A stretch of 64,000 nt of DNA from Candidatus Tepidifontimicrobium thermophilum (lineage in GTDB: Bacteria; Sysuimicrobiota; Sysuimicrobiia; Sysuimicrobiales; Sysuimicrobiaceae): the NCBI GenBank assembly GCA_031459915.1, contig JAVKHO010000009.1:1-64000 (forward strand), given 5' to 3'. Shown one piece after another: positions 27,091-40,063 of the stretch. How positions within the stretch are numbered: position 1 is the first letter of the stretch; every line of letters starts with the position of its first letter. The notes below the pieces were generated by a model. That model saw only the letters and a list, made by a program, of their open reading frames with translations, had not been told where the DNA came from and searched no databases. A program made the translations under genes and the position numbers.

Positions 27091-28410
27091 GTGGTCACTG
27101 CCTTTCTCGACCCGCAGACGGTCGGCATCGAGCGGCTCCGGTCTCTTTCCCCGCAGGAGCTGGCGGACTTCCTGCTGAGTCTGGACCCCCAGGGCCTCGC
27201 ACACCTGGTGTCCCGTCTGGGCCAGGACGCGGTGGCGGAGCTGGTGGCCGAGCTGGACTCCCACGACGCGGCACGCCTGATCCTCAAGCTGAGCCGTGCG
27301 CAGGCTGCGGACGTGTTGGAGGAGATGCCCCCCGACGACGCCGCGGACGTCCTGGAAGAGCTCGCTCCCCAGGAGGCGGAGACCCTCCTCACAGAGATGG
27401 AGAGGGACCGGGCGAACGCCCTCAAGGGGCTGCTGGCCTACCCCGAGGGGACCGCAGGCAGCCTCATGACGCCCGACTGTATTACGGTTCGTCCGGACCT
27501 CACCGCCGCTGAGGCGCTCGCGGTGATCCGGCGGCTGGCGGAGGACGCGGAGACCGTGCACTACGTGTACGTGACCGACCCCGAGAGCCAGCGGCTGCTG
27601 GGCGTGCTGTCCCTGTACCGGCTCGTGTTCAGCCGGCCCGATACTCTGGTGCGGGACCTCATGACCCGCGACGTGATCAAGGTCCGGGCGGATGCTCCAC
27701 AGGAGGAAGCAGCCCGGCTGGTGCAGCGGCACGATTTCGTTTCCCTGCCGGTGGTGGACGGGGAGGACCGCCTGCTGGGCATCATCACGGTGGACGACGT
27801 GCTGGACGTCCTGCAGGAGGAGTTCACCGAGGACTACGCGCGGCTGGTGGGGGCCGATGCGGAGGCCATGGCGCGCCGGAGCCCCCTGCAGGCCGCGCGG
27901 TTGCGGCTGCCGTGGCTGCTGGTGACCCTCGGGGTGGAGCTGGGCGCGGGGTTCGTGATCGCCCGCTTCGACGAGGTGCTCAAGCAGGTGATCCTGCTGG
28001 CCTCCTTCATGCCCATCATCTCCGCCATCTCGGGCAACGTGGGCCTGCAGGCTGCCGCCATCGTGGTGCGGGGCCTCGACACCGGTCACGTGACCCTGCG
28101 GGGCTGGTGGGCTGCGGTGCGCAAGGAGCTGGCCACCGCCTCGCTCATGGCCCTGGTGATCGGTTCCATCCTGGGTAGCATCGGCGTGGCGTGGTCGGGC
28201 AAGGCGTCCTTCGGGCTGGTGATCGGAGCCGCGCAGGTGACGGCCATGCTGACCGCGGGGCTGATGGGGACCCTGTTCCCCCTGGTCTCCAAGAGGCTGG
28301 GGTTCGACCCCGCCACCACCGCGGGCCCCTTCGAGACGGCGTTCCAGGACGTGGTGGGGTTCGCGGTGTTCCTGTCGCTGGCGTCCCGGCTGTTGCACTT
28401 CCTCCAGTAA
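27091..28410 (+). CDS. mgtE: Magnesium transporter MgtE
   Basis: MPPDDAADVL, YPEGTAGSLMT, CBS pair, GIITVDDV, RLPWL, GNVGLQ, DPATTAGPF. Confidence 0.95.
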   Translation: MVTAFLDPQTVGIERLRSLSPQELADFLLSLDPQGLAHLVSRLGQDAVAELVAELDSHDAARLILKLSRAQAADVLEEMPPDDAADVLEELAPQEAETLLTEMERDRANALKGLLAYPEGTAGSLMTPDCITVRPDLTAAEALAVIRRLAEDAETVHYVYVTDPESQRLLGVLSLYRLVFSRPDTLVRDLMTRDVIKVRADAPQEEAARLVQRHDFVSLPVVDGEDRLLGIITVDDVLDVLQEEFTEDYARLVGADAEAMARRSPLQAARLRLPWLLVTLGVELGAGFVIARFDEVLKQVILLASFMPIISAISGNVGLQAAAIVVRGLDTGHVTLRGWWAAVRKELATASLMALVIGSILGSIGVAWSGKASFGLVIGAAQVTAMLTAGLMGTLFPLVSKRLGFDPATTAGPFETAFQDVVGFAVFLSLASRLLHFLQ

Positions 28411-28420
28411 GGGGATCGCG

Positions 28421-29158
28421 GTGGCCGTATACAAGGCGGAGGGGGTGGTACTGGGCCGGCACGGGCTGGGGGAGGCGGACCGTGTGCTGGACCTGTTCAC
28501 CCGGGAGTTCGGACGGCTGCGGGCGAAGGCCAAGGCCGTGCGCCGGACCACCAGCCGGCTGGCGGGCAAGCTGGAGCCCTTCACCCACGCCCGGTTCCTC
28601 CTGGCCCGGGGCCGGGTCCTGGACGTGGTGGCGCAGGTGGAGGTGGTGGACGGCCACGCGGACCTGCGGGAGGACCTACACCGGCTGGGCTATGCGTGGC
28701 TTCTGGCGGACCTCCTCCTGCAGCTGGTGCCGGAGGCGGAGCCTCACCCTGAGGTGTTTGGGCTCCTGCTGGACGGCCTGGAGCTGCTGGGGCGGTACGA
28801 GCCCGGGCTGGTCGCCAGCTGGTTCGGGCTGAGGCTGTTCGACGAGCTGGGCTACCGGCCCTCGCAGGACCGCTGTCCGTCCTGCGGGGCGCAGGCCCGG
28901 GCAGACCTCTGGAGCCCCTTGTTGGGCGGTTTCTGCTGCGCCCGCTGCGCGGAAGGCGACCCGCGGCACGTGCGGCTCGGTGGGGAAGCCGCCGGTGCGG
29001 CGCGGTTCTTGGCCCGAGCCTCAGCTGAGGAGGTGGCGCGGCTGAGGGTGTCCGGCCGTGCGGCCGCCCGGCTGGTGGCGGCGGTGGTCTCGTACGCGGA
29101 GGCGAGGGCGGACCGGCCGCTGCGGGCGGCGCGGGTGCTGCAGGCACTGGAGCGGTAG
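28421..29158 (+). CDS. recO: DNA repair protein RecO
   Basis: GEADRVL, AKAVRRTTSRLAGKLEPF, Zn finger CPSC...CARC. Confidence 0.93.
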   Translation: MAVYKAEGVVLGRHGLGEADRVLDLFTREFGRLRAKAKAVRRTTSRLAGKLEPFTHARFLLARGRVLDVVAQVEVVDGHADLREDLHRLGYAWLLADLLLQLVPEAEPHPEVFGLLLDGLELLGRYEPGLVASWFGLRLFDELGYRPSQDRCPSCGAQARADLWSPLLGGFCCARCAEGDPRHVRLGGEAAGAARFLARASAEEVARLRVSGRAAARLVAAVVSYAEARADRPLRAARVLQALER

Positions 29159-29205
29159 GGGGAAACCGGCAGTCGGCGTCGAACCTCACCGCGGGAGGTG
29201 CTCGC

Positions 29206-29448
29206 ATGGAAGTGGACCTGGAGCAGGCGAAGCGGGCCCTGGCGGTGGTGGCGGAGGCCCTCAGCCAGTGCCGGGGAGTGATCCGGCAGGACCGCAGCGG
29301 GATGCTGCGCATCCGGACCGAGGAGAAGACCATCGAGCTGCCGGTGCTGTGGGCCGCGGCGGGCCTGGTGGCGTTCGCGGTGGCCTCGGTGCTGGCCAGC
29401 TGGCCCACGGGCAGGGCGCGGGAGGAGGAGCCCCTGGGGATCGGCTAG
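29206..29448 (+). CDS. Small membrane-anchored hypothetical protein (possibly DUF4342-like)
   Basis: Good RBS GGAGGT; C-terminal hydrophobic stretch after LRIRTEEKTIELPV. Confidence 0.6.
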   Translation: MEVDLEQAKRALAVVAEALSQCRGVIRQDRSGMLRIRTEEKTIELPVLWAAAGLVAFAVASVLASWPTGRAREEEPLGIG

Positions 29449-29462
29449 GGCAATGGCGTGGT

Positions 29463-29491
29463 TTGCACGCGGCCCGGAGGTTGTGTAAAGT
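29463..29491 (+). promoter_or_regulatory. sigma70 promoter of the glyQS leader
   Basis: TTGCAC-N17-TAAAGT, with TGTG immediately before the -10. Confidence 0.65.
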
Positions 29492-29499
29492 CGAGGTCC

Positions 29500-29745
29500 G
29501 AAGGAGGCAAAGACGGTGAGGCGCGGTGGAGGCGCCGTGCAGCGAGCCCGGGGTGGGTGGAACCGGGCCGGCGTGCTGCCGCGTGGCGCACCCGAGCCGG
29601 AGGCTTCAAGCCCGCGGGCGTAGAGCCTCCCGGAATCCCCCCGTGAGCGGGGCGTAGAGGGCCGGCCGCCGGAGTTTTCCGGCAGCCCGGAACCAGGGTG
29701 GGACCGCGGAGACCCTCCGTCCCTGGGCGGAGGGTCTCTTCTTTC
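29500..29745 (+). ncRNA. Glycine T-box riboswitch
   Basis: T-box AACCAGGGTGGGACCGCG at 29691-29708; likely specifier GGC at 29585; terminator GAGACCCTCCG...CGGAGGGTCTC-TTCTTT; upstream of glyQ. Confidence 0.9.
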
Positions 29746-29758
29746 GTGGAGGGAGCAG

Positions 29759-30640
29759 GTGCTGTTCCAGGAACTGATCTTGGCCCTGGACCGTTTCTGG
29801 TCCGACTACGGCTGCGTCCTGCAGCAGCCGTACGACGTGGAGGTGGGGGCAGGGACCAAGCACCCGGCCACGTTCCTGCGGGCCCTGGGCCCGGAGCCGT
29901 GGAAGGTGGCCTACGTGCAGTTCTCCCGCAGGCCCCAGGACGCCCGCTACGGCGACAACCCGAACCGCCTGGGTGCGTACTACCAGTACCAGGTGGTCCT
30001 GAAGCCCTCCCCGGACGACGTGCAGGACGTCTACCTGCGCAGCCTGGAGCACCTGGGGGTGGACCTGCGGCGGCACGACGTGCGGTTCGTGGAGGACGAC
30101 TGGGAGGACGCGAGCCTCGGGGCCTGGGGCGTGGGCTGGGAGGTGTGGCTGGACGGCATGGAGATCACCCAGTTCACGTACTTCCAGCAGTGCGGCGGGC
30201 TGGACTGCCGGCCCGTGTGCGCGGAGATCACGTACGGGCTGGAGCGGCTGTGCATGTACCTGCAGCGGAAGAGCAGCGTGTTCGAGCTGGAGTGGGCGCC
30301 CGGGGTCACCTACGGAGAGCTCCGTCGCCAGGAGGAGGTGGAGTGGAGCCGTTACGGCTTCGAGGTGGCGGAGGTGGCCAGGCTGCGCGGGCTGTTCGAG
30401 GCGTGCGAGCAGGAGGCGCTGAAGGCGCTAGAGACGGGGCTGGTGCTGCCGGCCCACGACTACGTGCTGAAGTGCTCCCACCTGTTCAACCTGCTGGATG
30501 CCCGCGGCGCGCTGAGCGTGAGCGAGCGCGCTTCCCTCATCGGACGGTGCAGGAGGCTGGCGCGACAGGTGGCGGAGGCGTACGTGCGCCAGCGGGAGGA
30601 GGCGGGGTTCCCGCTCCTGCAGGAGGCGGCCCGTGCCTAG
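29759..30640 (+). CDS. glyQ: Glycyl-tRNA synthetase alpha subunit
   Basis: [39 protein letters not shown]. Confidence 0.97.
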   Translation: MLFQELILALDRFWSDYGCVLQQPYDVEVGAGTKHPATFLRALGPEPWKVAYVQFSRRPQDARYGDNPNRLGAYYQYQVVLKPSPDDVQDVYLRSLEHLGVDLRRHDVRFVEDDWEDASLGAWGVGWEVWLDGMEITQFTYFQQCGGLDCRPVCAEITYGLERLCMYLQRKSSVFELEWAPGVTYGELRRQEEVEWSRYGFEVAEVARLRGLFEACEQEALKALETGLVLPAHDYVLKCSHLFNLLDARGALSVSERASLIGRCRRLARQVAEAYVRQREEAGFPLLQEAARA

Positions 30641-32711
30641 CCTGCTGCTGGAGGTCGGGACCGAGGAGCTGCCCGCCCGGTTCGTGGAGCCGGCCCGGGC
30701 GCAGCTGGAGGGGGTGTTGCGGGCCGAGCTGGACCGGGAGCGCCTTCCGGCGCGGGAGCTGCGGACCTGGGCAACGCCCAGGCGCCTGGCAGTCCTTGCG
30801 TCCGGCGTCCCGGACCGGCAGCCGGACACCGAACAGGAGGTGCGCGGTCCGGCTGTCCATGTGGCTTTCGACCGGCAGGGCCGTCCTACGGCGGCGGCGG
30901 TGGGCTTTGCCCGCAGCCAGGGAGTCTCGGTGGAGTCCCTGGAGCGCAGGTCCACGCCCGCAGGCGAGTACGTGTTCGCCCGCCGGGCGGTCCGGGGGCA
31001 GCCGGCCCTGGAGGTGTTGAGGGAACTCCTGCCCCGCGCCATCACTTCCCTGACCTTCCCGAAGACCATGCGCTGGGCAGGCTACGACGTGCGGTTCGCG
31101 CGGCCCGTGCGGTGGATCGTGGCCCTGCTGGACGACCGGGTGGTCCCGTTCGAGCTGGCGGGCGTGCGGTCCGGGAGGCTCACGTACGGGCACCGTCACC
31201 TCAGCCCGGGACCCCACGAGCTGGCCCACGCGGAGGAGTACGAACCGGTCCTGCGGCGCGCGTACGTCCTGGCGGACCGGGAGGCCCGCCGCGCGGAGGT
31301 CGTCCGGCAGGTCCAGGCGCGTGCCCGCGAGGTACAGGGCGAGGCCGAGCTCGCAGAGGACCTGGTGGACGAGGTCGCGGACCTGGTGGAGTGGCCCACG
31401 GCGTTTCTGGGCCGGTTCGACCCGGAGTTCCTGGAGCTCCCCGAGCCAGTGCTGGTGACCGTCATGCGCCACCACCAGCGGTACTTTCCCGTCCGGAAGT
31501 CCGCAGGGCTGGTGAACGCCTTCGTGGGCGTGCGGAACGGCGACGAGGTGGGGCTGGACACCGTCCGGGAGGGCAACGAGTGGGTGCTGCGGGCCCGGCT
31601 GGTGGACGCGCGGTTTTTCTACCACGAGGACCGCAGACGGCGCCTGGAGGAGTGGGCGAAGCGGCTGGAGCTGGTGACCTTCCACGAGAAGCTCGGGTCC
31701 GTGCACGAAAAGGTCGGACGGCTGGTGGCGCTGTGCGGATGGCTGGTGCAGCACACGGAGCTGGACGCCTCCCGGGCCGCCTCCCTCCAGCGGGCCGCGG
31801 CGCTGTGCAAGGCGGACTTGAGCACCCACATGGTGGGCGAGTTCCCGGAGCTACAGGGCGTGGTCGGTTCCATCTACGCCCGCCTGGACGGCGAGCCGGA
31901 GGACGTGTGCCAGGCCATCGAAGAGCACTACCGGCCCCGGGGCGCGGGTGACCGGCTCCCCGCGAGCGACCTGGGGGCTCTGCTGGCCGTGGCGGACCGG
32001 GCGGATACCCTGGCCGGGTTCATCGGCGTCGGGATCGTGCCTACGGGCTCCGCAGACCCCTACGGGCTGCGACGGGCGGCTTCCGGGTTGCTGGACATCC
32101 TGCACGACCGGCGGGAACGGCTCCGGGTGGATCTCGCGGCCCTTATGGAGGCGGCCCTGCAGGCCTACGGCGGAAGGGCCGAGTTCGAGGGTGCCCACCG
32201 GCGGCTCGGGGAGTTCCTGGGGGACCGGGTGCGGGCGTGGCTGCTGGAGCGGGATTTCGCCCACGACGTGGTGGACGCCGTGCTTGCGGGGTACTCGGGC
32301 ATCCCGGACTTCGTGGACGCGGTGGCCCGTGCGGAGGCCCTTTCAGAGTTCCGGACGCGACCGGAGTTCGCCGGGGCCTACGAGGCCTTCGACCGCGCCT
32401 ACCGCATCTGGGACAAACAGACGCGGCAGTCCCCCTCGCCGCTGGAGCAGCCCGCGGAGCTGGCACTGGACCGCGCCCTGGGCCGCTCGGGGCCCAAGGT
32501 GGAGGAGCTGGTCCGCTCCAGGGCCTATCTGCGGGTGTTGGCAGAGCTGGGCGGGCTGCAGCCGCACGTGGCCCGGCTGTTCGACGAGGTGCTGGTCAAC
32601 GACCCGGACCCCCAGGTGCGTGCCCGTCGCCACGCGCTGCTCGGCCGCGTGGTAAACCTGTTCTGGAAGGTGGCACACCTGGAGTACCTAGTCGTCACGC
32701 GGGAGCCCTGA
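30633..32711 (+). CDS. glyS: Glycyl-tRNA synthetase beta subunit
   Basis: [39 protein letters not shown]. Confidence 0.97.
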   Translation: MPSLLLEVGTEELPARFVEPARAQLEGVLRAELDRERLPARELRTWATPRRLAVLASGVPDRQPDTEQEVRGPAVHVAFDRQGRPTAAAVGFARSQGVSVESLERRSTPAGEYVFARRAVRGQPALEVLRELLPRAITSLTFPKTMRWAGYDVRFARPVRWIVALLDDRVVPFELAGVRSGRLTYGHRHLSPGPHELAHAEEYEPVLRRAYVLADREARRAEVVRQVQARAREVQGEAELAEDLVDEVADLVEWPTAFLGRFDPEFLELPEPVLVTVMRHHQRYFPVRKSAGLVNAFVGVRNGDEVGLDTVREGNEWVLRARLVDARFFYHEDRRRRLEEWAKRLELVTFHEKLGSVHEKVGRLVALCGWLVQHTELDASRAASLQRAAALCKADLSTHMVGEFPELQGVVGSIYARLDGEPEDVCQAIEEHYRPRGAGDRLPASDLGALLAVADRADTLAGFIGVGIVPTGSADPYGLRRAASGLLDILHDRRERLRVDLAALMEAALQAYGGRAEFEGAHRRLGEFLGDRVRAWLLERDFAHDVVDAVLAGYSGIPDFVDAVARAEALSEFRTRPEFAGAYEAFDRAYRIWDKQTRQSPSPLEQPAELALDRALGRSGPKVEELVRSRAYLRVLAELGGLQPHVARLFDEVLVNDPDPQVRARRHALLGRVVNLFWKVAHLEYLVVTREP

Positions 32712-33779
32712 TTGGACCTCAGCCGCATCCGCGAGCGGATCGAGGAGGAAGAAGCCCGCCGGCTTTCCCGGTGGGCGGCCCTGGCGCGGAACTCCCGGGG
32801 CCGGGAGCGGCCGGAGCCGGAGGACGACCTGCGGACCTGTTTCCAGAGGGACCGGGATCGGATCGTCCACAGCAAGGCCTTCCGACGGCTCAAGCACAAG
32901 ACCCAGGTGTTCCTGTCCCCGGAGGGGGACCACTACCGCACCCGACTCACCCACACGGTGGAGGTGGCGCAGATCGCCCGGACCATCGCCCGGGCGCTGC
33001 GGCTCAACGAGGACCTCACGGAGGCCATCGTCCTGGCCCACGACCTGGGTCACCCGCCCTTCGGGCACGCGGGGGAGGAAGCTCTGGACCAGGCCATGAC
33101 CGCGTGGGGCGGGTTCCGGCACTACGACCAGAGCCTGCGGGTGGTGCAGCTCCTGGAGCGCCGCAGACGTTCGGACGGCACGTGGGAATGGGGCCTGAAC
33201 CTCACGTGGGAGGTGCGGGACGGGATCGGCGCCCACAGCAAGGGCATGGCGGACCTCGGGGAGGAGGAGGCAGGCCTGCCGCAGACCCTGGAGGGCCAGG
33301 TGGCACGGCTGGCGGACCGCATCGCCTACGTGCACCACGACATGGACGACGCGGTGCGCGCGGGCCTCCTGAAGGAGGAGGAGATCCCCGCGGACGTCCG
33401 GGAGGTCCTGGGGCCCACCCGGGGGCGGTGGCTGGACACCCTGGTCCGGGACGTGGTCACCCACAGCGAGGACCAGCCGCGGATCCGCATGAGCGGGCCC
33501 GTCCGGCAGGCCCTCAACCGGCTGAAGGATTTCCTGTTCGAGCGGGTGTATCTGAACCCCCAGGCGAAGGGCGAAGAGCCCCGGGCCAAGCGCCTGCTCC
33601 GGATGTTGTTCGACTACTACCTGGAACACCCCGACGAGGTGACGGAAGAGTACCGGGAGCTGCTGGATCGCGGGGAGCCGCCGCACCGGGTGGTGTGTGA
33701 CTTCCTCGCGGGCATGACGGATCGCTACGCGGTCCGGAAGGCGGAGCAGCTGTTCGTCCCGAAGAGTTGGGAACTGTGA
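32712..33779 (+). CDS. dgt: dGTP triphosphohydrolase (HD domain)
   Basis: FQRDRDRIVHSKAFRRLKHKTQVF, RTRLTH, HDLGHPPFGHAGE, DFLAGMTD. Confidence 0.95.
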   Translation: MDLSRIRERIEEEEARRLSRWAALARNSRGRERPEPEDDLRTCFQRDRDRIVHSKAFRRLKHKTQVFLSPEGDHYRTRLTHTVEVAQIARTIARALRLNEDLTEAIVLAHDLGHPPFGHAGEEALDQAMTAWGGFRHYDQSLRVVQLLERRRRSDGTWEWGLNLTWEVRDGIGAHSKGMADLGEEEAGLPQTLEGQVARLADRIAYVHHDMDDAVRAGLLKEEEIPADVREVLGPTRGRWLDTLVRDVVTHSEDQPRIRMSGPVRQALNRLKDFLFERVYLNPQAKGEEPRAKRLLRMLFDYYLEHPDEVTEEYRELLDRGEPPHRVVCDFLAGMTDRYAVRKAEQLFVPKSWEL

Positions 33780-33807
33780 CCTTCGCGCCCTCGGGCGCGC
33801 GGCGGAG

Positions 33808-35781
33808 GTGAGAGCGTTGGACGCGACGTGGTGGGCTCCCCTGGCGGGGGTGGTGAGTCTGGTCTACGCGGGGTACCTGGCCGCCTCTGTGGCGCGACGT
33901 GAGGTGGGCACGCCGCAGATGCGGGACCTGATGGACGCCATCCACGAGGGGGCCATGGCGTTCCTGCGAAGGGAGTACCGGGCCATCGCGGTGTTCGTGG
34001 CGGTGCTGTTCGTGATCCTGGCCGCGCCGGGGCTGGTGCCGCAGATCACCCCGCAGACCGCGGTGTGCTTCGTCCTGGGCGCCGCCTGCTCCATCCTGGC
34101 GGGCTTCTTCGGCATGCAGATCGCCACCCGGGCCAACGCCCGGACCGCCAACGGCGCCCGCAAGGGGCTGGCGGAGGCCATGCGGGTGGCCTTCCCGGGC
34201 GGCGCGGTGATGGGGATGACCGTGGTGGGCCTGGGGATCCTGGGCGTGGGGCTGCTGTTTTTGTGGCTGCGGGACCCCAACCAGGTCATCGGGTTCTCCC
34301 TGGGTGCCTCGTCGGTGGCTCTGTTCGCCCGCGTGGGGGGCGGCATCTACACCAAGGGCGCGGACGTGGGCGCGGACCTGGTGGGGAAGGTGGAGGCCGG
34401 GATCCCGGAGGACGACCCGCGGAACCCCGCGGTGATCGCGGACGCCGTGGGCGACAACGTGGGGGACGTGGCCGGGATGGGCGCCGATTTGTTTGAGTCC
34501 TACGTGGGCTCGGTGATCGCGGGGCTGGCCATCGGGCTCGCGCAGCACGGCGAGCGGGGGGCGGGCCTGGCCCTGGGGCTGGCGGCGGTGGGGGTGGTCT
34601 CCGCCGTCCTGGGGACCTTCTTCGTGGGAGCGGGCGGGGCGCGCAACCCGCAGGCGGCCCTGCGGGCGGGCACGTTCGCGTCCGCGGCCTTCATGGTGGT
34701 GGGCTCCTACCTGGTGACCCAGGCACTGTTCGGCGACCTGCGGGCCTTCTGGGCCACTGCGGTGGGGCTTTTGAGCGGGATCGTGATCGGGCTGGTGGCG
34801 GAGTACTACACCTCGGGCCGGGAGGTGCAGCGGCTTGCGGACTCGGCCCGCACGGGCCCCGCCACCGTGATCATCGCGGGCACCGCCCTGGGGATGCTGA
34901 GCACCGTGGTGCCGCTGGTGGTGATCGCCCTCTCCACCATCGTCGCCTTCCGGCTGGCGGACTTCTTCGGCATCGCGCTGGCGGCCATCGGCATGCTGTC
35001 CATCACGGGGATGACGGTGTCCGTGGACGCCTACGGGCCCATCGCGGACAACTCCGCAGGGATCGCGGAGATGGCGGGCCTGGGCCAGGACGTGCGGGGT
35101 GTCGCGGACCAGCTGGACGCCGCGGGCAACACCACCGCCGCCATCGCCAAGGGGTTCGCCATCGGCTCTGCGGCCCTCACGGCCCTGGCCCTGTTCTTCT
35201 TCTACCGGCAGGCGGTGGGGCTGGAGGCCATCAACATCATGGACCCTGACGTGACCGCCGGCCTGTTCATCGGTGGGATCGTCCCGTTCCTTTTCGCGGC
35301 CCTGGCCATGCGGGCGGTGGGCCGGACCGCGGAGCTCATGGTGAACGAGGTACGCCGGCAGTTCCGGGAGATCCCCGGGCTGCTGGAGGGCCGGGCACGG
35401 CCCGAGTACGCGCGGTGCGTGGACATCGCCACCGCGGGGGCCCTTCGGGAGATGGTGGTCCCGGGGCTGTCCGCGGTGGCTATCCCCCTGGTGGTGGGGT
35501 TCGTGCTGGGCAAGGAGGCGCTGGGAGGCCTCCTGGGTGGCGCCATCGTGACGGGGGTCCCCCTGGCCCTTTACCTGGCCAACAGCGGGGGTGCTTGGGA
35601 CAACGCGAAGAAGTTCATCGAGGAGGGCCACCACGGCGGGAAAGGCTCCGACGCCCACAAGGCCGCGGTGATCGGCGACACCGTGGGCGACCCGTACAAG
35701 GACACCGCGGGTCCGTCCCTCAACATCCTCATCAAACTGATGACGGTGGTAGCCCTGGTGTTCGCGCCCCTCTTCCGCTGA
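33808..35781 (+). CDS. hppA: Membrane-integral ion-pumping pyrophosphatase, K+-dependent type (probably Na+)
   Basis: [39 protein letters not shown] (Ala, K+-dependent class), [11 protein letters not shown]. Confidence 0.95.
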   Translation: MRALDATWWAPLAGVVSLVYAGYLAASVARREVGTPQMRDLMDAIHEGAMAFLRREYRAIAVFVAVLFVILAAPGLVPQITPQTAVCFVLGAACSILAGFFGMQIATRANARTANGARKGLAEAMRVAFPGGAVMGMTVVGLGILGVGLLFLWLRDPNQVIGFSLGASSVALFARVGGGIYTKGADVGADLVGKVEAGIPEDDPRNPAVIADAVGDNVGDVAGMGADLFESYVGSVIAGLAIGLAQHGERGAGLALGLAAVGVVSAVLGTFFVGAGGARNPQAALRAGTFASAAFMVVGSYLVTQALFGDLRAFWATAVGLLSGIVIGLVAEYYTSGREVQRLADSARTGPATVIIAGTALGMLSTVVPLVVIALSTIVAFRLADFFGIALAAIGMLSITGMTVSVDAYGPIADNSAGIAEMAGLGQDVRGVADQLDAAGNTTAAIAKGFAIGSAALTALALFFFYRQAVGLEAINIMDPDVTAGLFIGGIVPFLFAALAMRAVGRTAELMVNEVRRQFREIPGLLEGRARPEYARCVDIATAGALREMVVPGLSAVAIPLVVGFVLGKEALGGLLGGAIVTGVPLALYLANSGGAWDNAKKFIEEGHHGGKGSDAHKAAVIGDTVGDPYKDTAGPSLNILIKLMTVVALVFAPLFR

Positions 35782-35840
35782 AGGCGGAGGGCCGGCGGAG
35801 TCGGCGACCTGCCGCGCTGGATGCGAACATAGATTCGGAC

Positions 35841-37553
35841 ATGGCCGCCCAGGCATCACGGGAGCTCGTGCGTGCCCGCACCGACATCGTGGAGCTGGTG
35901 TCGGCATACGTCACCCTGCGCAAGCAGGGCCGGCGCTATGTGGGCCTGTGCCCGTTCCACAGTGAGAAGACTCCCAGCTTCACCGTAGACCGGGAGCGCG
36001 GCCTGTTCTACTGCTTCGGGTGCGGGGCCGGCGGGGACGTGTTCGAGTTCGTCATGCGGGTCCACGGCCTGTCCTTCCCCGAAGCCGTCCGGGACCTGGC
36101 ACGCCGGGCAGGGATCCAGCTCGAGGAAGTCCCCGAGCACCGGAAGGGGGAGTGGGAGCGCTGGCTCCGGGCTGCGGACGGCGCCGTGGCTTTCTTCGAG
36201 CGATCCCTGGCGCACCCCGAGACGGGCCGCCTGGCCCGGGAGTACCTGGAGCGGCGGGGCGTGGACGCGCCCACCGTCAGGCGCTTCCGCCTGGGCTACG
36301 CACCGGACGGCTGGGACTTTCTCCTCCGGCACCTCACCGCCCAGGGGTACGAGCCACGGCTGCTGGAGCGCCTGGGGTTGGTCCACCCCCGGGCAGACGG
36401 CGGGTGGTACGACGCCTTCCGCCACCGTCTGGTGTTCCCCATCTTCGACCCCCAGGGCCGCCCAGTAGCCGTGGGGGGACGTGCCCTCCGGGAGGGCGAC
36501 CAGCCGAAGTATCTGAACTCCCGGGACAGTCCTTTGTTCTCCAAGGCCAGGACCCTGTACGGCCTGCACCTGGCCCGGGAGGCGCTGCACCGGTCAGGCC
36601 GGGCCGTGGTGGTGGAGGGGTACATGGACCTGGTGGCGTGCCACCAGTACGGCATCGAGGAGGCGGTGGCCACCCTGGGCACGGCTCTGACCGTGGAGCA
36701 GGCACAGCTCCTCCGGCGGCACTGTCCGGCGGTGATCCTGGTCTACGACTCCGACGAGGCCGGGCGGCGGGCGGTGGAGCGGGCGCTGCCGGTGCTGGAA
36801 CAGGTCGGGCTGGAGGCCCGGGCCGCGGTCCTTCCGGAAGGGCTGGACCCCGACGCCTTCCTGAGGGCGTACGGACGGGACGAGTTCCTCCGGCGGCTGG
36901 ACGGGGCGCTGCCTGTCGTGCACTTTGCCCTGGAATCCAGCCTGCGCCGCCACCCGCAGACCCCAGAAGGAAAGGTCAGGGTGGTAGACGAAGTTCTCCC
37001 CCTGGTCGCCAGCATCCGCCACGACGTCGCTCGGTCCGAGCACATCCGCCAGCTGAGCCAGCGTCTGGGGATTCCGGAGGATGCGGTGCGGGCCCGGCTG
37101 CGCGCTTTGCGGCGCCGCCAGGCCCGTCCCGGCCAGGAGCCGGACCCCGTGCGGGCGGCGGCCGAAGCGAGCGCCCAGCAGCTGGCCGAGCAGCACCTGC
37201 TGCAGCGGATGCTGGACGAGGAGGGAGCCCGGGTGCGGCTGCTGCAGGTCCTCCGGCAGGAGGACTTCACAGACCCCCTCCACCGGGAGGTGTTCCTGGC
37301 CCTCCGCCACAGCGGCGACGTGAACGCGGTGCGGGAGGCGGTCTCCGAGGCCGCCCGACAGGTGGTCCACCGGCTGTGGTTCGGGCCCCGGCCTGCCCGG
37401 CCGGACGAGGACGGCTGGGTGGCGCGCATCCGGGCCGAGCAGCGGCGGCGCCGTCGGGCGGAGCTCGTGGCGGAGATCGCCCGGGCTGAGCAGGCAGGGG
37501 AGCTGGACCGGGTCCGGGCCATCCAGGAGGAGCTGAAGGCCCTGGTGGAGTAG
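35841..37553 (+). CDS. dnaG: DNA primase
   Basis: [11 protein letters not shown]n finger, KYLNS, EGYMD, TOPRIM DSDEAG, DPD. Confidence 0.96.
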   Translation: MAAQASRELVRARTDIVELVSAYVTLRKQGRRYVGLCPFHSEKTPSFTVDRERGLFYCFGCGAGGDVFEFVMRVHGLSFPEAVRDLARRAGIQLEEVPEHRKGEWERWLRAADGAVAFFERSLAHPETGRLAREYLERRGVDAPTVRRFRLGYAPDGWDFLLRHLTAQGYEPRLLERLGLVHPRADGGWYDAFRHRLVFPIFDPQGRPVAVGGRALREGDQPKYLNSRDSPLFSKARTLYGLHLAREALHRSGRAVVVEGYMDLVACHQYGIEEAVATLGTALTVEQAQLLRRHCPAVILVYDSDEAGRRAVERALPVLEQVGLEARAAVLPEGLDPDAFLRAYGRDEFLRRLDGALPVVHFALESSLRRHPQTPEGKVRVVDEVLPLVASIRHDVARSEHIRQLSQRLGIPEDAVRARLRALRRRQARPGQEPDPVRAAAEASAQQLAEQHLLQRMLDEEGARVRLLQVLRQEDFTDPLHREVFLALRHSGDVNAVREAVSEAARQVVHRLWFGPRPARPDEDGWVARIRAEQRRRRRAELVAEIARAEQAGELDRVRAIQEELKALVE

Positions 37554-37628
37554 CGGGAGGAAGTCGGATCCGCCCGTCGTTTAGGTGAAAGTGGGTCCCA
37601 GGCGCCCACGGTAAGGAGCGTCGGTTTC

Positions 37629-38753
37629 ATGGCTCGGGAAAAGGCACAGCGCGCGGTCCCCCCGCGGAAGAAGCCCGTGGTGGACGTGCGGCCCCTCAGC
37701 GAGGACCTCTCGCCGGAGCTGCGGGAGCTCATCGAGCTGGGCCGCAAGAAGGGGTTTTTGCTGTACGAGGAGATCGTCAAGGCCATCCCCGCGGTGGAGC
37801 AGAACACGGAGGAAAGCGAGCGGGTGTTCAACCTCCTCCAGGAGATGGACATCGCGGTCAAGGACAGCGAGGAAGAGGAGGAGGAGCAGGAGAAGGCCGC
37901 GGAGCTGGAGCCCCTGGAGGGTATCTCCATCGACGACCCGGTCCGGATGTACCTGAAGGAGATCGGCCGGGTTCCCCTGCTGACCGCGCAGGAGGAGGTG
38001 GAGCTGGCCAAGCGCATGGAGCGCGGGGACGAGGAGGCCAAGCGCAAGCTCATCGAGGCGAACCTGCGGCTGGTGGTGGCCATCGCGAAGAAGTACGTGG
38101 GCCGCGGGATGCTGTTCCTGGACCTGATCCAGGAGGGCAACCTGGGCCTGATCCGGGCGGTGGAGAAGTTCGACTGGCGGAAGGGCTTCAAGTTCAGCAC
38201 CTACGCCACCTGGTGGATCCGGCAGGCCATCACCCGGGCGCTGGCGGACCAGGCCCGAACCATCCGGATCCCGGTGCACATGGTGGAGACCATCAACAAG
38301 CTGGTGCGGGTCTCCCGGCAGCTGCTGCAGCAGAAGGGCCGTGAGCCCACCCCCGAGGAGATCGCGGAGGAAATGAAACTCCCGGTGGAGCGGGTGCGGG
38401 AGATCATGAAGATCGCCCAGGAGCCCATCTCCCTGGAGACCCCCATCGGGGAGGAAGAGGACAGCCACCTCGGGGACTTCATCGAGGATGCGGACGCGCT
38501 CGCCCCCGCGGAGGCCGCCAGCTACACCATGCTGAAGGAGCAGCTGGAGGGGGTGCTGGAGACCCTCACCGCCCGGGAGCGTAACGTCCTGAAGCTGCGG
38601 TTCGGCCTGGAGGACGGCCGGCCCCGGACCCTGGAGGAGGTAGGGCGGGAGTTCGGTGTGACCCGCGAGCGCATCCGGCAGATCGAGGCCAAGGCGCTGC
38701 GCAAGCTCCGCCACCCCTCCCGCAGCAAGAGGCTGAAGGACTTCATCGAGTAA
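37629..38753 (+). CDS. rpoD: Primary sigma factor
   Basis: [44 protein letters not shown]. Confidence 0.97.
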   Translation: MAREKAQRAVPPRKKPVVDVRPLSEDLSPELRELIELGRKKGFLLYEEIVKAIPAVEQNTEESERVFNLLQEMDIAVKDSEEEEEEQEKAAELEPLEGISIDDPVRMYLKEIGRVPLLTAQEEVELAKRMERGDEEAKRKLIEANLRLVVAIAKKYVGRGMLFLDLIQEGNLGLIRAVEKFDWRKGFKFSTYATWWIRQAITRALADQARTIRIPVHMVETINKLVRVSRQLLQQKGREPTPEEIAEEMKLPVERVREIMKIAQEPISLETPIGEEEDSHLGDFIEDADALAPAEAASYTMLKEQLEGVLETLTARERNVLKLRFGLEDGRPRTLEEVGREFGVTRERIRQIEAKALRKLRHPSRSKRLKDFIE

Positions 38754-40043
<1,290 letters not shown>

Positions 40044-40063
40044 CAGGGGCCCCGGGGGCAGCG

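Noticed and set aside
32712..33779. dGTPase as an anti-phage defence gene
   Set aside because: Short housekeeping type in its usual glyS-dnaG context
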